From positions 1 to 34,598 of IMG/VR virus record IMGVR_UViG_3300032312_001565: a stretch of 34,598 nt of DNA; one strand, given 5' to 3'. The position numbers and the translations under genes are program-made. Positions 8,236 to 16,640 of this stretch are shown here, piece after piece; within the stretch, counting starts at the first letter, position 1, and every line of letters starts with the position of its first letter. The DNA is from a virus (Duplodnaviria; Caudoviricetes). The notes under the pieces were generated by a model. It searched no databases and was not told the origin of the DNA. It worked only from the letters and a program-made list of their open reading frames with translations.

Positions 8236-9119
8236 TGGCTCGCATTGGTTTGCATTTCCGGCGCGTCAACGAATCCGTCTAGCTCCTCCTCGTCCTGATA
8301 GGCCGCGTAACCAGGGCGACCGATCATGGCAACCTTGCCGCTAGTGATGCCTGGCCAAAATCCGCTTTTCGTCGCGGCAATGATCCGGTCGATCTGGTTT
8401 GCCGCCCATTCGTCACCTGCCGCGATGTCAAAGGCCGGAAGCTCAGTCACTGCCACCTCGTAAGGTGCAGCGGAATCCTGCCAGATGAACCGAAAGCGGC
8501 TCCTCTGGTCGTCGGGGTGGCAGAGGTTCCAGAGCTTGAGGTAAAGGGCGCTTTGAACATGGTAGCCAAAACTGTCTATTGCCTTAGAAATGCCGCGCGG
8601 GGAGAAGTCGCTCGTCGTTTTGAAATCATAAAGGCAGGACTCCTTTTCCGGCGCAAGGTCCACAAGCGCCTTAAAGTTGATGCCTCGGATTTGGTTGAGG
8701 AGGACCACCTGCGTCTGGCTGGAACGAAAGACGGATCCCGCAATCGGATCGGTTTTGACTCGATCAACGGCAACCTGCACGCTCGCGGCCATTTCCGCGC
8801 TCACGATGATCTTCCCTTGAGCTGTCGCAGTGCCGCGCAGCAACTGCGCGGCCTTGGTTCTGAAGTCAGGATACGGGTTGTAAATAACCGTCTCAGCGAC
8901 CAGTTCCGGCGTTGTTAGGTGGCAGTCAATCAGCGATCCCCAAGTCATCGCAGAGGTCGGCGCAAAGTCACGCGGGGCGAATCGCCATTTCCATAGCGAG
9001 CAGTTGCGCAACTCCCAAAGACGCGACTTGGAAAGCCACGAATCAGGTCTGAATACGTTGGAACGATCCAACGTCAATTTCGCGTGGTAGTCACGCGGAG
9101 ATACTTGTAGGGCCGTCAT
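8232..9119 (-). CDS. exonuclease VIII / RecE-like PD-(D/E)XK nuclease (DUF3799-like)
   Basis: LSKSRL, WGSLID, KALVD...YDFKTT, YHVQSALY motifs; start moved to ATG 9119. Confidence 0.85.
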   Translation of the reverse strand: MTALQVSPRDYHAKLTLDRSNVFRPDSWLSKSRLWELRNCSLWKWRFAPRDFAPTSAMTWGSLIDCHLTTPELVAETVIYNPYPDFRTKAAQLLRGTATAQGKIIVSAEMAASVQVAVDRVKTDPIAGSVFRSSQTQVVLLNQIRGINFKALVDLAPEKESCLYDFKTTSDFSPRGISKAIDSFGYHVQSALYLKLWNLCHPDDQRSRFRFIWQDSAAPYEVAVTELPAFDIAAGDEWAANQIDRIIAATKSGFWPGITSGKVAMIGRPGYAAYQDEEELDGFVDAPEMQTNASQ

Positions 9120-9121
9120 GC

Positions 9122-9451
9122 TTAGAGCTTGTTGCCGCGGACGCGGATGCATGGGGTGTTCGCGTCTCCGAAGGCGGCGCAGGTCGTGCGGTAGATCGTG
9201 ACCTCCTTACCGTGCCAGGCCTCCGTCTCGTTGCCGTGCATCCGGCGGATCGTGCGAGCATTGGTCTTGTTGAGAACCCACTCCTTTTTAACCTTGGCGA
9301 GCTTGATGATAGGCTTGTCCATGATTCGCCCGTCTTTTCCTTTGTCGTCTTTGCCGGGCGCGCGGACGCTCTCGATTGTGACCGTTACATCGCGGTCGTC
9401 TGGTAGGTCTTCGGCTTCAAGGTAGCCGCTAAATAATTCGCTTACTTTCAT
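9122..9451 (-). CDS. conserved phage recombination-associated protein (LNKTN motif; SSB/annealase candidate)
   Basis: YLEAEDL...VTVTIESV...VLNKTNARTI...CIRVR; directly upstream of the exonuclease. Confidence 0.7.
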   Translation of the reverse strand: MKVSELFSGYLEAEDLPDDRDVTVTIESVRAPGKDDKGKDGRIMDKPIIKLAKVKKEWVLNKTNARTIRRMHGNETEAWHGKEVTIYRTTCAAFGDANTPCIRVRGNKL

Positions 9452-9499
9452 CTCTTTTTATTCCGCGTTTATACCATGCGCGCCCCGGTTTGTGCGGAA

Positions 9500-9892
9500 T
9501 CAGGGAAGCCGAAAGGTGATCGAGCGCCCGTGAATAGCGATGCGCTCAAGGACAATCTGATGGCCTTGGCGCGGAAAGATTTTTGAGAGCGCCTCGCAAG
9601 GCTCCAAGGAGGATATTTTAATCACGCGGCGGCTTCCGTTTTTGCTCAACCCGTAATCACCCGTTTTGCACAATGTAACCATTCCGGTATTGTTTTCGAT
9701 GTCTAAGAAGATGTCGCAACGGTCATCTTCGGCAAATCGCAGCGCGGCTAAACATGTGTCCGACACCGACAACGAAAAGCTGCTGCTTCCGGTTGATTTG
9801 TTCGCGTGCCAAGCATACGCCACATCGTAGGTCAAGGTTTGCGAGTAGTTTCCGCGTTTTCCAACGCCAATAAGCTCACTGAGTTTTTGCAT
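9500..9892 (-). CDS. hypothetical protein
   Basis: ORF with A-rich leader, flanked by related leader elements. Confidence 0.65.
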   Translation of the reverse strand: MQKLSELIGVGKRGNYSQTLTYDVAYAWHANKSTGSSSFSLSVSDTCLAALRFAEDDRCDIFLDIENNTGMVTLCKTGDYGLSKNGSRRVIKISSLEPCEALSKIFPRQGHQIVLERIAIHGRSITFRLP

Positions 9893-9920
9893 CTTTTTGT
9901 CTCTTTTTGTTTAGCGCGTA

Positions 9921-10163
9921 TCAGTCGCGCCCCTGCCCATTGTCTGGGAAAATATCCAAGGCCAGCCCGTAAAGCTCCTCCTCGATGGCATCGACGGCGG
10001 CGAGTCGGATGCCTAGGTTTTTCAACATCCGCACCTGGACCGCGAGGCCATCGTAGATCAGGTGGTCGCAGGACTCGCGGGGGCGTGTTCGGTATGCCTT
10101 GATTTCGGCAATCAAAGCGTCAGTCTCGCGCTCATGCGCGGCCAGTAGTTGACTAAAGTTCAT
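9921..10163 (-). CDS. hypothetical protein
   Basis: ATGA-coupled ORF. Confidence 0.65.
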   Translation of the reverse strand: MNFSQLLAAHERETDALIAEIKAYRTRPRESCDHLIYDGLAVQVRMLKNLGIRLAAVDAIEEELYGLALDIFPDNGQGRD

Positions 10164-10360
10164 GCTTTGTGAATTAGGTAGTCAATGGCGTAGTCAAAGT
10201 CCCTGCGCTCAACAACGGACGGGTCGAGTTCCTCGCCTGTCTCGTTGCAGATCACCGCAGCAACCTCACTGCGCTCGATTTCAATTGTCACAAGACGCTC
10301 GGCCTCGGGACCGTCGAGCAGGTAGCGCGAAACGATGCCTGATACGGAATGTGCGATCAT
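10160..10360 (-). CDS. hypothetical protein
   Basis: Start MIAHSVSG, ATGA-coupled. Confidence 0.6.
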   Translation of the reverse strand: MIAHSVSGIVSRYLLDGPEAERLVTIEIERSEVAAVICNETGEELDPSVVERRDFDYAIDYLIHKA

Positions 10361-10458
10361 GGCCAGATGAGGTTGAAAAGGGCCGGAACGTTCCAAACTG
10401 CGAAGATCGCAAGGACCGTTGTGGTTTTGACGAGGAAGTCGATAGGATCAAAGTGCAT
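10357..10458 (-). CDS. 33-aa membrane peptide
   Basis: MHFDPIDFLVKTTTVLAIFAVWNVPALFNLIWP fills the gap between neighbouring genes. Confidence 0.5.
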   Translation of the reverse strand: MHFDPIDFLVKTTTVLAIFAVWNVPALFNLIWP

Positions 10459-10717
10459 TGGTAGCGATGTGAATAAGGGTTCCCGGTTCAACGTCGAGGA
10501 ATGCGACAGGCTTAGTGCGGCGCTGGGCCTCGTATCGAGCGCGAGCGCGGTCGAAGGCGTCCTGCATAGCGAAAAAATCGGCATCGCTTTTGGCTGCAAC
10601 GCCAGCCTCAAAGGCTCGGTTGATAATGTCTTGGACACTGTCGCCGCTAGTGAATACAAAAAACTCAGCCATGCGTGCGCGGAGGTTGTCCGCTTTTCTG
10701 TTGTTCAAAATGTTCAT
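10448..10717 (-). CDS. hypothetical protein
   Basis: ATGA-coupled ORF. Confidence 0.65.
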   Translation of the reverse strand: MNILNNRKADNLRARMAEFFVFTSGDSVQDIINRAFEAGVAAKSDADFFAMQDAFDRARARYEAQRRTKPVAFLDVEPGTLIHIATNAL

Positions 10718-10875
10718 CGCGCGTCGTCCTCGGGTTGGAATTGATCTGCCACCGCTTCGCGAATTGCTCGCGTCAAAAGGTGGCGAGCCTGTCCGGTTCG
10801 GCTGCGGTCCTGTTCTTGCGCAAGAGCGTCAAGCGTCTCACCGTCTTGCTCTTCGATGTCGATTAGGATTTTCAT
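10714..10875 (-). CDS. ribbon-helix-helix (CopG/Arc-like) regulator, 53 aa
   Basis: MKILIDIEEQDGETLDALAQEQDRSRTGQARHLLTRAIRE: beta strand followed by two helices; not in ORF track. Confidence 0.7.
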   Translation of the reverse strand: MKILIDIEEQDGETLDALAQEQDRSRTGQARHLLTRAIREAVADQFQPEDDAR

Positions 10876-10884
10876 GCTAATTTA

Positions 10885-11124
10885 TTAGTCGAGGTTGATA
10901 GTGACTCCCTTGTCGAAGTTGCGGAAGGTGCGGAAGTTTTCGGGGAATGTGCAGCAAGACAGAAACTTACTCAGGCTGGTCGTGGTGCTAAAGTAGTGGT
11001 GATTACCGTCCACGATCACGGTGTATGGTTTGCGGTTGCCTTGGAGCTTGTGACCTTTGCGGAGATTCCGGCATTCAATCATCAGACTTTCCATTTGGCT
11101 TTCGGTGAAGTAAGTCGTTGTCAT
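10885..11124 (-). CDS. first early gene, hypothetical protein (79 aa)
   Basis: Start MTTTYFTE after promoter, hairpin and A-rich leader. Confidence 0.65.
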   Translation of the reverse strand: MTTTYFTESQMESLMIECRNLRKGHKLQGNRKPYTVIVDGNHHYFSTTTSLSKFLSCCTFPENFRTFRNFDKGVTINLD

Positions 11125-11140
11125 GATTCGTTTTGTTTTC

Positions 11141-11195
11141 GTCGGCGGCTCATCCGCTAACGAGGCCATGATAAATCCCGCCCTAAAACTTGCAA
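11141..11195 (-). promoter_or_regulatory. major early sigma70-like promoter with 5' hairpin
   Basis: A-tract upstream, TTGCAA-16-TATCAT-6 nt-GTTAGCGG ATGAG CCGCCGAC hairpin. Confidence 0.7.
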
Positions 11196-11225
11196 AGGAT
11201 TTTTTTAAGGAAAACAGAAAAAACC

Positions 11226-11510
11226 TTAAATACCTTCTTCTACCTCGATCTCGACCGCATCGAGCAGGACGCGCACGGCCTCGATCATTTGCGCCTCCAG
11301 ATCTTCCTGCGGCGTGATCCACTCTTCGCCGCTCCCGCCGTCTTGATCGGCCATCCGGTGACCGAATCCGCGTAGACGATCCGGCAGGTCGTCGGGATCC
11401 CACGGGCAATCAACGCCTAATCTGCTGCCAATCGCAACCGAATTAGGCGATTTGCCTGAGCGGTGCAGCTCGCAGACGAAATTGATGGGAGGGCAACAAA
11501 GGCAGATCAT
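11226..11510 (-). CDS. hypothetical protein with Cys/His-rich N-terminus
   Basis: MICLCCPPINFVCELH; ATGA-coupled end of the lysis operon. Confidence 0.6.
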   Translation of the reverse strand: MICLCCPPINFVCELHRSGKSPNSVAIGSRLGVDCPWDPDDLPDRLRGFGHRMADQDGGSGEEWITPQEDLEAQMIEAVRVLLDAVEIEVEEGI

Positions 11511-11830
11511 GCCAGCCCTCTAAAGACCACGGCTTCTATTTTCCTGACAATCTGCTCCTCCACCCAATCTGCGGTTTCGTCTGAGATTGACGCCGCGTGG
11601 CGCAGCTCCGCTAGCAAAAGGTGCAGAACTTCATGGACTGCTACCTGCGCCGTTTGCTCTTCTCGCTCGCACAACTCCAGATCGACTCGACAGGTCGCAG
11701 TGCAGCTTGCGGGATCCGGCTCAATGCTGGCGTAGTTTCCCGCACCCGGCTCAACCGAAAAGCGAACGTCGTAATGAGCAAGTCCAAGGGCATCCTGCGC
11801 TCTGCGGAAATGTCCCTCGAACGCGCTCAT
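11507..11830 (-). CDS. small zincin-like metallopeptidase (HExxH)
   Basis: AVHEVLHLLL plus downstream EE. Confidence 0.7.
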   Translation of the reverse strand: MSAFEGHFRRAQDALGLAHYDVRFSVEPGAGNYASIEPDPASCTATCRVDLELCEREEQTAQVAVHEVLHLLLAELRHAASISDETADWVEEQIVRKIEAVVFRGLA

Positions 11831-12822
11831 CGGCCCTCCAGCATGTTGCCAAGGAGACTCCTACCCTCCCAGATTCCCACATTGATGTGGAGAAACTCTC
11901 CGCTTTTGGCAATGACTTGGTAGCCGTAGCCGTGCGACCATCCTGTGGGATCCGAATGCCTCCAAAGCGGTTGACGTTGGCAAAGACAGCCGGGATTCCA
12001 AGCCTTGACGAGGCCGACGCCGGGAAGGACTCGCGTGGCCGAATCTTCTCGGTGAGTATGGGCGAAGACGACGTTTCCTGCCGTCCTTGAGACGGAATCG
12101 CTCGCCGCGTTTTTGGATCCGCTCAATTCATGCACGAAAAAGATCTTGCCCATCTTGATCCAGCCAGGAGGCAGGCCGGGGACGTGAGTCTCGGACCGCC
12201 GGTAGTAGACGATGCCCCTTTCTTTGAGCTTGAGCAGGAACTCGGGCGCGTTGAGCCGCCGCAGGAACTCAGCGTCACGGGAGTTGGACATTGTCTCGTC
12301 AATAACCCAACGCTCGACTCGATCCTCATGGTTGCCCTCAATAAAATGGATTTGCGCGGAGGGAGCCGCCTCTTGGAGTTGGTCCAGAAACCAGTTGCCA
12401 TGCGCGATGTCGTCCTGATAACTGTAGGTCGTCTGCGCGATGTAGTTGGCCGCGTGGTGCTTGGCCAAAAACCCACCACATTCGACGATGTCACCGTTTA
12501 AGATGATCTCATCCGGCGAGAGTCGGCGCACATCGCCCAAGAAAGCCTCGACGGCAGGGCGATCCATCATGGATCCGTGGACATCGTTTGCGATGAGTCG
12601 AACGGTTTCGGTCTTGACCCTCGGCCTCGGCTTGTATTCGTTTTTGATCGGAAACTTCGCTGCTCGCAGTGCATTGTATTCGTCGAGCGCATCGTCTCGA
12701 TCCTTGCGCAATGCGGAGGCCTCAGCTCGGGCTTTGGCCAGTTCCGCCTGCGCCTTTACGACGCGGTTCATGGCGTCTGAGTCGCTGACGAGCTTATTGG
12801 AAAGGTCAATTTCTTCGTTCAT
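11827..12822 (-). CDS. calcineurin-like metallophosphoesterase with N-terminal coiled coil
   Basis: NDVHG, NGDIVE, EGNHE, VHE, AHTH motifs. Confidence 0.88.
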   Translation of the reverse strand: MNEEIDLSNKLVSDSDAMNRVVKAQAELAKARAEASALRKDRDDALDEYNALRAAKFPIKNEYKPRPRVKTETVRLIANDVHGSMMDRPAVEAFLGDVRRLSPDEIILNGDIVECGGFLAKHHAANYIAQTTYSYQDDIAHGNWFLDQLQEAAPSAQIHFIEGNHEDRVERWVIDETMSNSRDAEFLRRLNAPEFLLKLKERGIVYYRRSETHVPGLPPGWIKMGKIFFVHELSGSKNAASDSVSRTAGNVVFAHTHREDSATRVLPGVGLVKAWNPGCLCQRQPLWRHSDPTGWSHGYGYQVIAKSGEFLHINVGIWEGRSLLGNMLEGR

Positions 12823-13250
12823 CGCATGTAGGATTTAGCGGTTTCGGGATTCATGACGGCTTCCTCAAAATTGTCGGGACTCATTTCGACCCATTTAAGG
12901 CAATGGAGACTTTTAGCGTGGCGGCGGATTGTATCCTCCGAGACTCCAATGTGCTGGGCGAAGTCGGCGACTCGGTAGCAGACGCCCCGCTTGATCTCAT
13001 GCAGTCTTCGGCGGCAATCGGAGCCTTGGGGCTTTTGTGGCATGACGCGCTTCTGATTTAGTGGGATGGCCTCCAATTCGCCCTGCGTGTCCTCCTGTGG
13101 CCCTTTCATCACCTGCCCCGTCATCGACGCCCTGACCTCGGCAACCTCCGCAGATGTAACCGCTGAGAGGTTTTTGGAGATGTCGTAGTTGGCCGCGCTC
13201 GGTCGTTTCGCGATGCCTGCCAGAATTCTGTCTCTTTTTGCCTCGTCCAT
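12819..13250 (-). CDS. putative DNA-binding protein with two HTH-like segments
   Basis: Start MDEAKRDRIL; NYDISKNL..VTSAEVAEVR and VADFAQHIGVSEDTIRRHA. Confidence 0.6.
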   Translation of the reverse strand: MDEAKRDRILAGIAKRPSAANYDISKNLSAVTSAEVAEVRASMTGQVMKGPQEDTQGELEAIPLNQKRVMPQKPQGSDCRRRLHEIKRGVCYRVADFAQHIGVSEDTIRRHAKSLHCLKWVEMSPDNFEEAVMNPETAKSYMR

Positions 13251-13254
13251 GATG

Positions 13255-13374
13255 TTATCGGTATCCGCCTGGGTAGTCAGGGAAATCGTCGTCATCGTCA
13301 TCCGTGGTGCATTTGAGGACGAGGACAAAAGCCGCGATAATCAAAAGCGAGCCGAAGATGGCGGAAGGGATCAT
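13255..13374 (-). CDS. 39-aa membrane peptide with acidic tail
   Basis: MIPSAIFGSLLIIAAFVLVLKCTTDDDDDDFPDYPGGYR; ATGA-coupled to endolysin; not in ORF track. Confidence 0.6.
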   Translation of the reverse strand: MIPSAIFGSLLIIAAFVLVLKCTTDDDDDDFPDYPGGYR

Positions 13375-14075
13375 GCTTCGTTGTCAGATGTTTTGCCGTC
13401 ACTGGCGACGGTTTCAAGCGTGTCGCTTCCAATATCGAAACCCTTCGGCCATCGGTAGCCAACGACTCGGGAAGTGTCGAAGGGCTTGACGTTCACCGCA
13501 TCGCCCTGGTTGCCGCCCAAAACCATGATATTCCCGTATTGATCTTTGCCCGTGACAAATCCAACATGGCCGGATCCACCGTTTTTTGATCCGCGCCAAA
13601 AGACGACGATAGCTCCGGCAATGGGTCCACATGGCTGGCCCCACTTCTCAAAGCTTCGCGCCATGCCGCTGCGAGTTCCTTCGATACCACAATCCTGGAG
13701 CATCGCGTTGCAGTAACCGGCACACCAAGGGGTCTCGTCGTCGGTAAAGTAGAGTTTAGCGAGCTGCCAGTAGGACAGGATGCGCTTGCTATGCTGCCGC
13801 CCAGCGATCTCGGAAACGCCGATTTCCTGCCTTGCGCGGCGTAGCCAAATAGGCTCTCCCGCGACCTTCGGAGGCGCGACCGATGCTTGCGGCTCTTTGC
13901 GTAGCTCGGCCAGCGTGATCGGACCAATGTAGTCGCGAGGCGATAGGGCTTTTGAGACTTTAAACGCGATGATCGCCGCTCGGGTTTTCGGCCCGATCAT
14001 TCCATCCGCTGCGCCAGGCTCAAAGCCATGGGCCTTGAGGCGCGTTTGGATTTCGACGATCTCGGTTTTGGTCAT
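13371..14075 (-). CDS. endolysin: peptidoglycan-binding domain plus TIGR02594-type (NlpC/P60/CHAP-like) peptidase
   Basis: DGMIGPKTRAAI PG-binding motif; DDETPWCA, GHVGFV, VLGGNQ, YRWP. Confidence 0.92.
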   Translation of the reverse strand: MTKTEIVEIQTRLKAHGFEPGAADGMIGPKTRAAIIAFKVSKALSPRDYIGPITLAELRKEPQASVAPPKVAGEPIWLRRARQEIGVSEIAGRQHSKRILSYWQLAKLYFTDDETPWCAGYCNAMLQDCGIEGTRSGMARSFEKWGQPCGPIAGAIVVFWRGSKNGGSGHVGFVTGKDQYGNIMVLGGNQGDAVNVKPFDTSRVVGYRWPKGFDIGSDTLETVASDGKTSDNEA

Positions 14076-14248
14076 TTGGTCCGCTTGCGTTTTTCGAGCG
14101 CCGACATCACCACGCCTATAAGCGCGACCGCTGCGCCGATACCGGTCTGGAGGTCTGCTTGCGAGACGATACCGGCTCCGGTTGCGTAGCCGCCTGCGAT
14201 TGTCAGGCCGTGGCGAAGGAGAAGACCAAGAAGAAGTTTCGTGTCCAT
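14072..14248 (-). CDS. holin-like two-TM protein
   Basis: MDTKLLLGLLLRHGLTIAGG...AAVALIGVVMSALEKRK; directly upstream of endolysin; start set by promoter motif. Confidence 0.75.
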   Translation of the reverse strand: MDTKLLLGLLLRHGLTIAGGYATGAGIVSQADLQTGIGAAVALIGVVMSALEKRKRTK

Positions 14249-14320
14249 GTCGGAGGACTCCACAAAACGAACGAAAAACGCAAGTTGAAATTCTGCTATG
14301 TTTTGTAGAGGGGTTTCAGC
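14249..14320. promoter_or_regulatory. divergent late promoter pair (holin / tape measure)
   Basis: Minus: TTGCGT-N9-GTTTTGTGG-N11-ATG; plus: TTGAAA-N9-GTTTTGTAG-N12-ATG; -35 boxes back-to-back (CAAGTTG). Confidence 0.75.
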
Positions 14321-16030
14321 ATGGCCGCAAAAGCAGACCTCAAGACCACGATCTCGGCAGACATGACGGGATTTGCTGCGACAATGCGACGAGCTGGAGG
14401 GGTGGCCGCAACTACCGGCACTAAGATCGGCAAATCGTTGGGCGGCGCTACCAAGGCCATGGGGGGCCTTGCTCTGTCTGCTGGCAAGGCGGCAACCGCA
14501 ATTGCATTGGCTGGGGCTGCTGCTGCGGGAGCAGGTTTTGCAGCAGGTCTAAAGGGGGCAGCCGATTTAGGCGGAAAAATGGCAGACCTATCTGCGCGAA
14601 CTGGCATTGCGGCAGGTCAGCTTGCCGTGATGGGAAGAGCGTTTGAAGACAACGGCGTCTCAGCCGACAAGATCGGCGGCGTCATCAACAAGCTTCAAAA
14701 GACAATTACCGATTTTGGTAATGGATCAACGACTGCGACAAAACCTTTTGAGACTTTGGGCATTCAATTTGAAGAAATCTCAAGGCTCGATCCTAGTGCG
14801 CAATTCGAACTCATTCAAAGCAAAATCTCCGCGATTCAATCGCCAGCGGAAAGGGCTGCCGTTGCCATGCAGCTATTCGGGAAGTCCGGCGGCGAGCTTC
14901 TGACGCTTTTCGCAGATGGGCAAGCTTTCGCTAATGCTGGCACTTTCCTCGGGACTCAAGCGGAGATCCTTGATCGCTCCGCAGGGTTGTTCGATTCAAT
15001 CTCTGACAAGATGGCGAGGATTCCCGAGAAGCTTCAAGGCTTTTTTGTTGGATTCCTTGAGCCAATCGCGGGAGACGTTGACGCGATCCTGACAAAGTTC
15101 GATAATTTCGACTTTGCTGCACTAGGATTACGACTTGGAAGCGCGTTCAACATGGAAAACATCATTTCCATGATTTCGGCATCCGTTCCACTGCTCGTCG
15201 CCGTCTTGGCAGACGCTTTCGCAAAAGCTCTAGACGTGTTCGGCGCATTGCTTCGGGCATTGTTTTCGCCGGAGGGGCTTTCATTTATGAAAAACATCTT
15301 GATCGATGTTTTGGTAGCGGGGGTCGATGCAATTGGCGGCGCGTTTTACGAGTTGGCGAAGAACTTTGGGAAAGCCCTAAAGGGCGAGGTAGACATGGTG
15401 GATACCACCCGAATTATCGGAGAGGCAAAGCCAGAAGAAAAAGCCGCGCCGGATTTTGCATCAAGACTGCAAGAGGAGCTTGCCGGGATTGATTGGGCGC
15501 CTTCGCAGGCGGTTAAAGACGCCGCTGATAAATTTGGCGCTGCCTTTGGAAAGACCTTCCCGCCAGTTGCAAGCGCAGGAGTGCAATCCCCACAATCCGA
15601 CATCTACGACCGCGAGCTTGCAGAGCAAAGAGCGAGGGTTGCTGCCGATTCTTATAAAGTGCCGCAGGTCCAGGGAACCTACGGACCGCCGCGACCTATG
15701 GCGGAACAATTCGGCCCTCCAAGATCGCTCATGTCATCGCGTGATGGAAGGCTTTTTGGTGAACCTGGGCAAATGCTCGGAGGCGCAAACGCATTCTCGC
15801 AGTCGAGGCGCTTCGGCGTAGACGAAAACGGTGTCCCGAAAACTGGACGTTTTGCTGGGGTCGCTGGAGTCGCTGGCCCCGGCGTCACCTCAGGACTTGG
15901 CGAGAAACGCCGCCTCCGCACCAGCGCCGACGAAAAGGAAGGCAAAAAGAACCTGACGCTTCAAGAAAAACAAGTCTCCTCTCTTGAATCCATCGAAAGC
16001 AAGATCGGCCAAGCCCTCACCGTAAATTGA
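14321..16030 (+). CDS. tail tape measure protein
   Basis: Ala/Gly-rich helical; N-terminus LKTTISADMTGF; DLSARTGI and AMQLFGKSGGELL motifs. Confidence 0.9.
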   Translation: MAAKADLKTTISADMTGFAATMRRAGGVAATTGTKIGKSLGGATKAMGGLALSAGKAATAIALAGAAAAGAGFAAGLKGAADLGGKMADLSARTGIAAGQLAVMGRAFEDNGVSADKIGGVINKLQKTITDFGNGSTTATKPFETLGIQFEEISRLDPSAQFELIQSKISAIQSPAERAAVAMQLFGKSGGELLTLFADGQAFANAGTFLGTQAEILDRSAGLFDSISDKMARIPEKLQGFFVGFLEPIAGDVDAILTKFDNFDFAALGLRLGSAFNMENIISMISASVPLLVAVLADAFAKALDVFGALLRALFSPEGLSFMKNILIDVLVAGVDAIGGAFYELAKNFGKALKGEVDMVDTTRIIGEAKPEEKAAPDFASRLQEELAGIDWAPSQAVKDAADKFGAAFGKTFPPVASAGVQSPQSDIYDRELAEQRARVAADSYKVPQVQGTYGPPRPMAEQFGPPRSLMSSRDGRLFGEPGQMLGGANAFSQSRRFGVDENGVPKTGRFAGVAGVAGPGVTSGLGEKRRLRTSADEKEGKKNLTLQEKQVSSLESIESKIGQALTVN

Positions 16031-16031
16031 C

Positions 16032-16640
16032 ATGCCCACCCCAATAGGAAAAGGAACAACGACATTCCGCGAAGTCTCCGTTCAAGAGACGGTTTCACGA
16101 TCCGGCCTCGACGGTTTGACCGTTGTATTGCGCGGCATCCATTCGGGCCTTGCGACAGAAAAAGCAAAATGGAAGCGAGGCGCGAATTATACGGGTTATA
16201 AAAACATGTATTTGGAAACGAAAGACTCTATCGACCGTGGCCCTGTTGCGGAGCTTACCTTGAATTTCATCGGATACATCGACTCCACAAGCGACAACGG
16301 CGTGGTTGACATCGAGGACAGCATTTCGTCGCAGAGTGTCACGATCAACACCACCGACGATGAAAACATCTCCTTCCGATACTTCGCGCAAGCTACAACG
16401 GTGAGATGGATTTACCGTGGAAGTGAGTCGCCAGCAAGGCCCAGATTCCCCGGCGTTGTTCCAAGCTCCATTCCGACAAACCTTCTTTTTCAGCCAGATC
16501 CCCCCAAATATACCGGCAGCATCTCGGGCAGGTATGAGCCTGTAGGAAGGCTTGCCCAATTTACGCGCACGCGATTGGCTCCCAGCGTCTGGGCAGTTGT
16601 GGAATCGTGGGAGAACCTTATTGAGCCGGTATCTGCATGA
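16032..16640 (+). CDS. tail tip / distal tail protein (putative)
   Basis: Immediately after tape measure; beta-rich. Confidence 0.55.
   Translation: MPTPIGKGTTTFREVSVQETVSRSGLDGLTVVLRGIHSGLATEKAKWKRGANYTGYKNMYLETKDSIDRGPVAELTLNFIGYIDSTSDNGVVDIEDSISSQSVTINTTDDENISFRYFAQATTVRWIYRGSESPARPRFPGVVPSSIPTNLLFQPDPPKYTGSISGRYEPVGRLAQFTRTRLAPSVWAVVESWENLIEPVSA

Noticed and set aside
11125-11409. N-terminal extension of the 174-aa ORF
   Set aside because: Crosses the early promoter and overlaps 11226-11510 in another frame
15660-15730. YGPPRP / FGPPRS repeat in the tape measure C-terminus
   Set aside because: Only two short copies in a low-complexity tail; no functional claim can be supported
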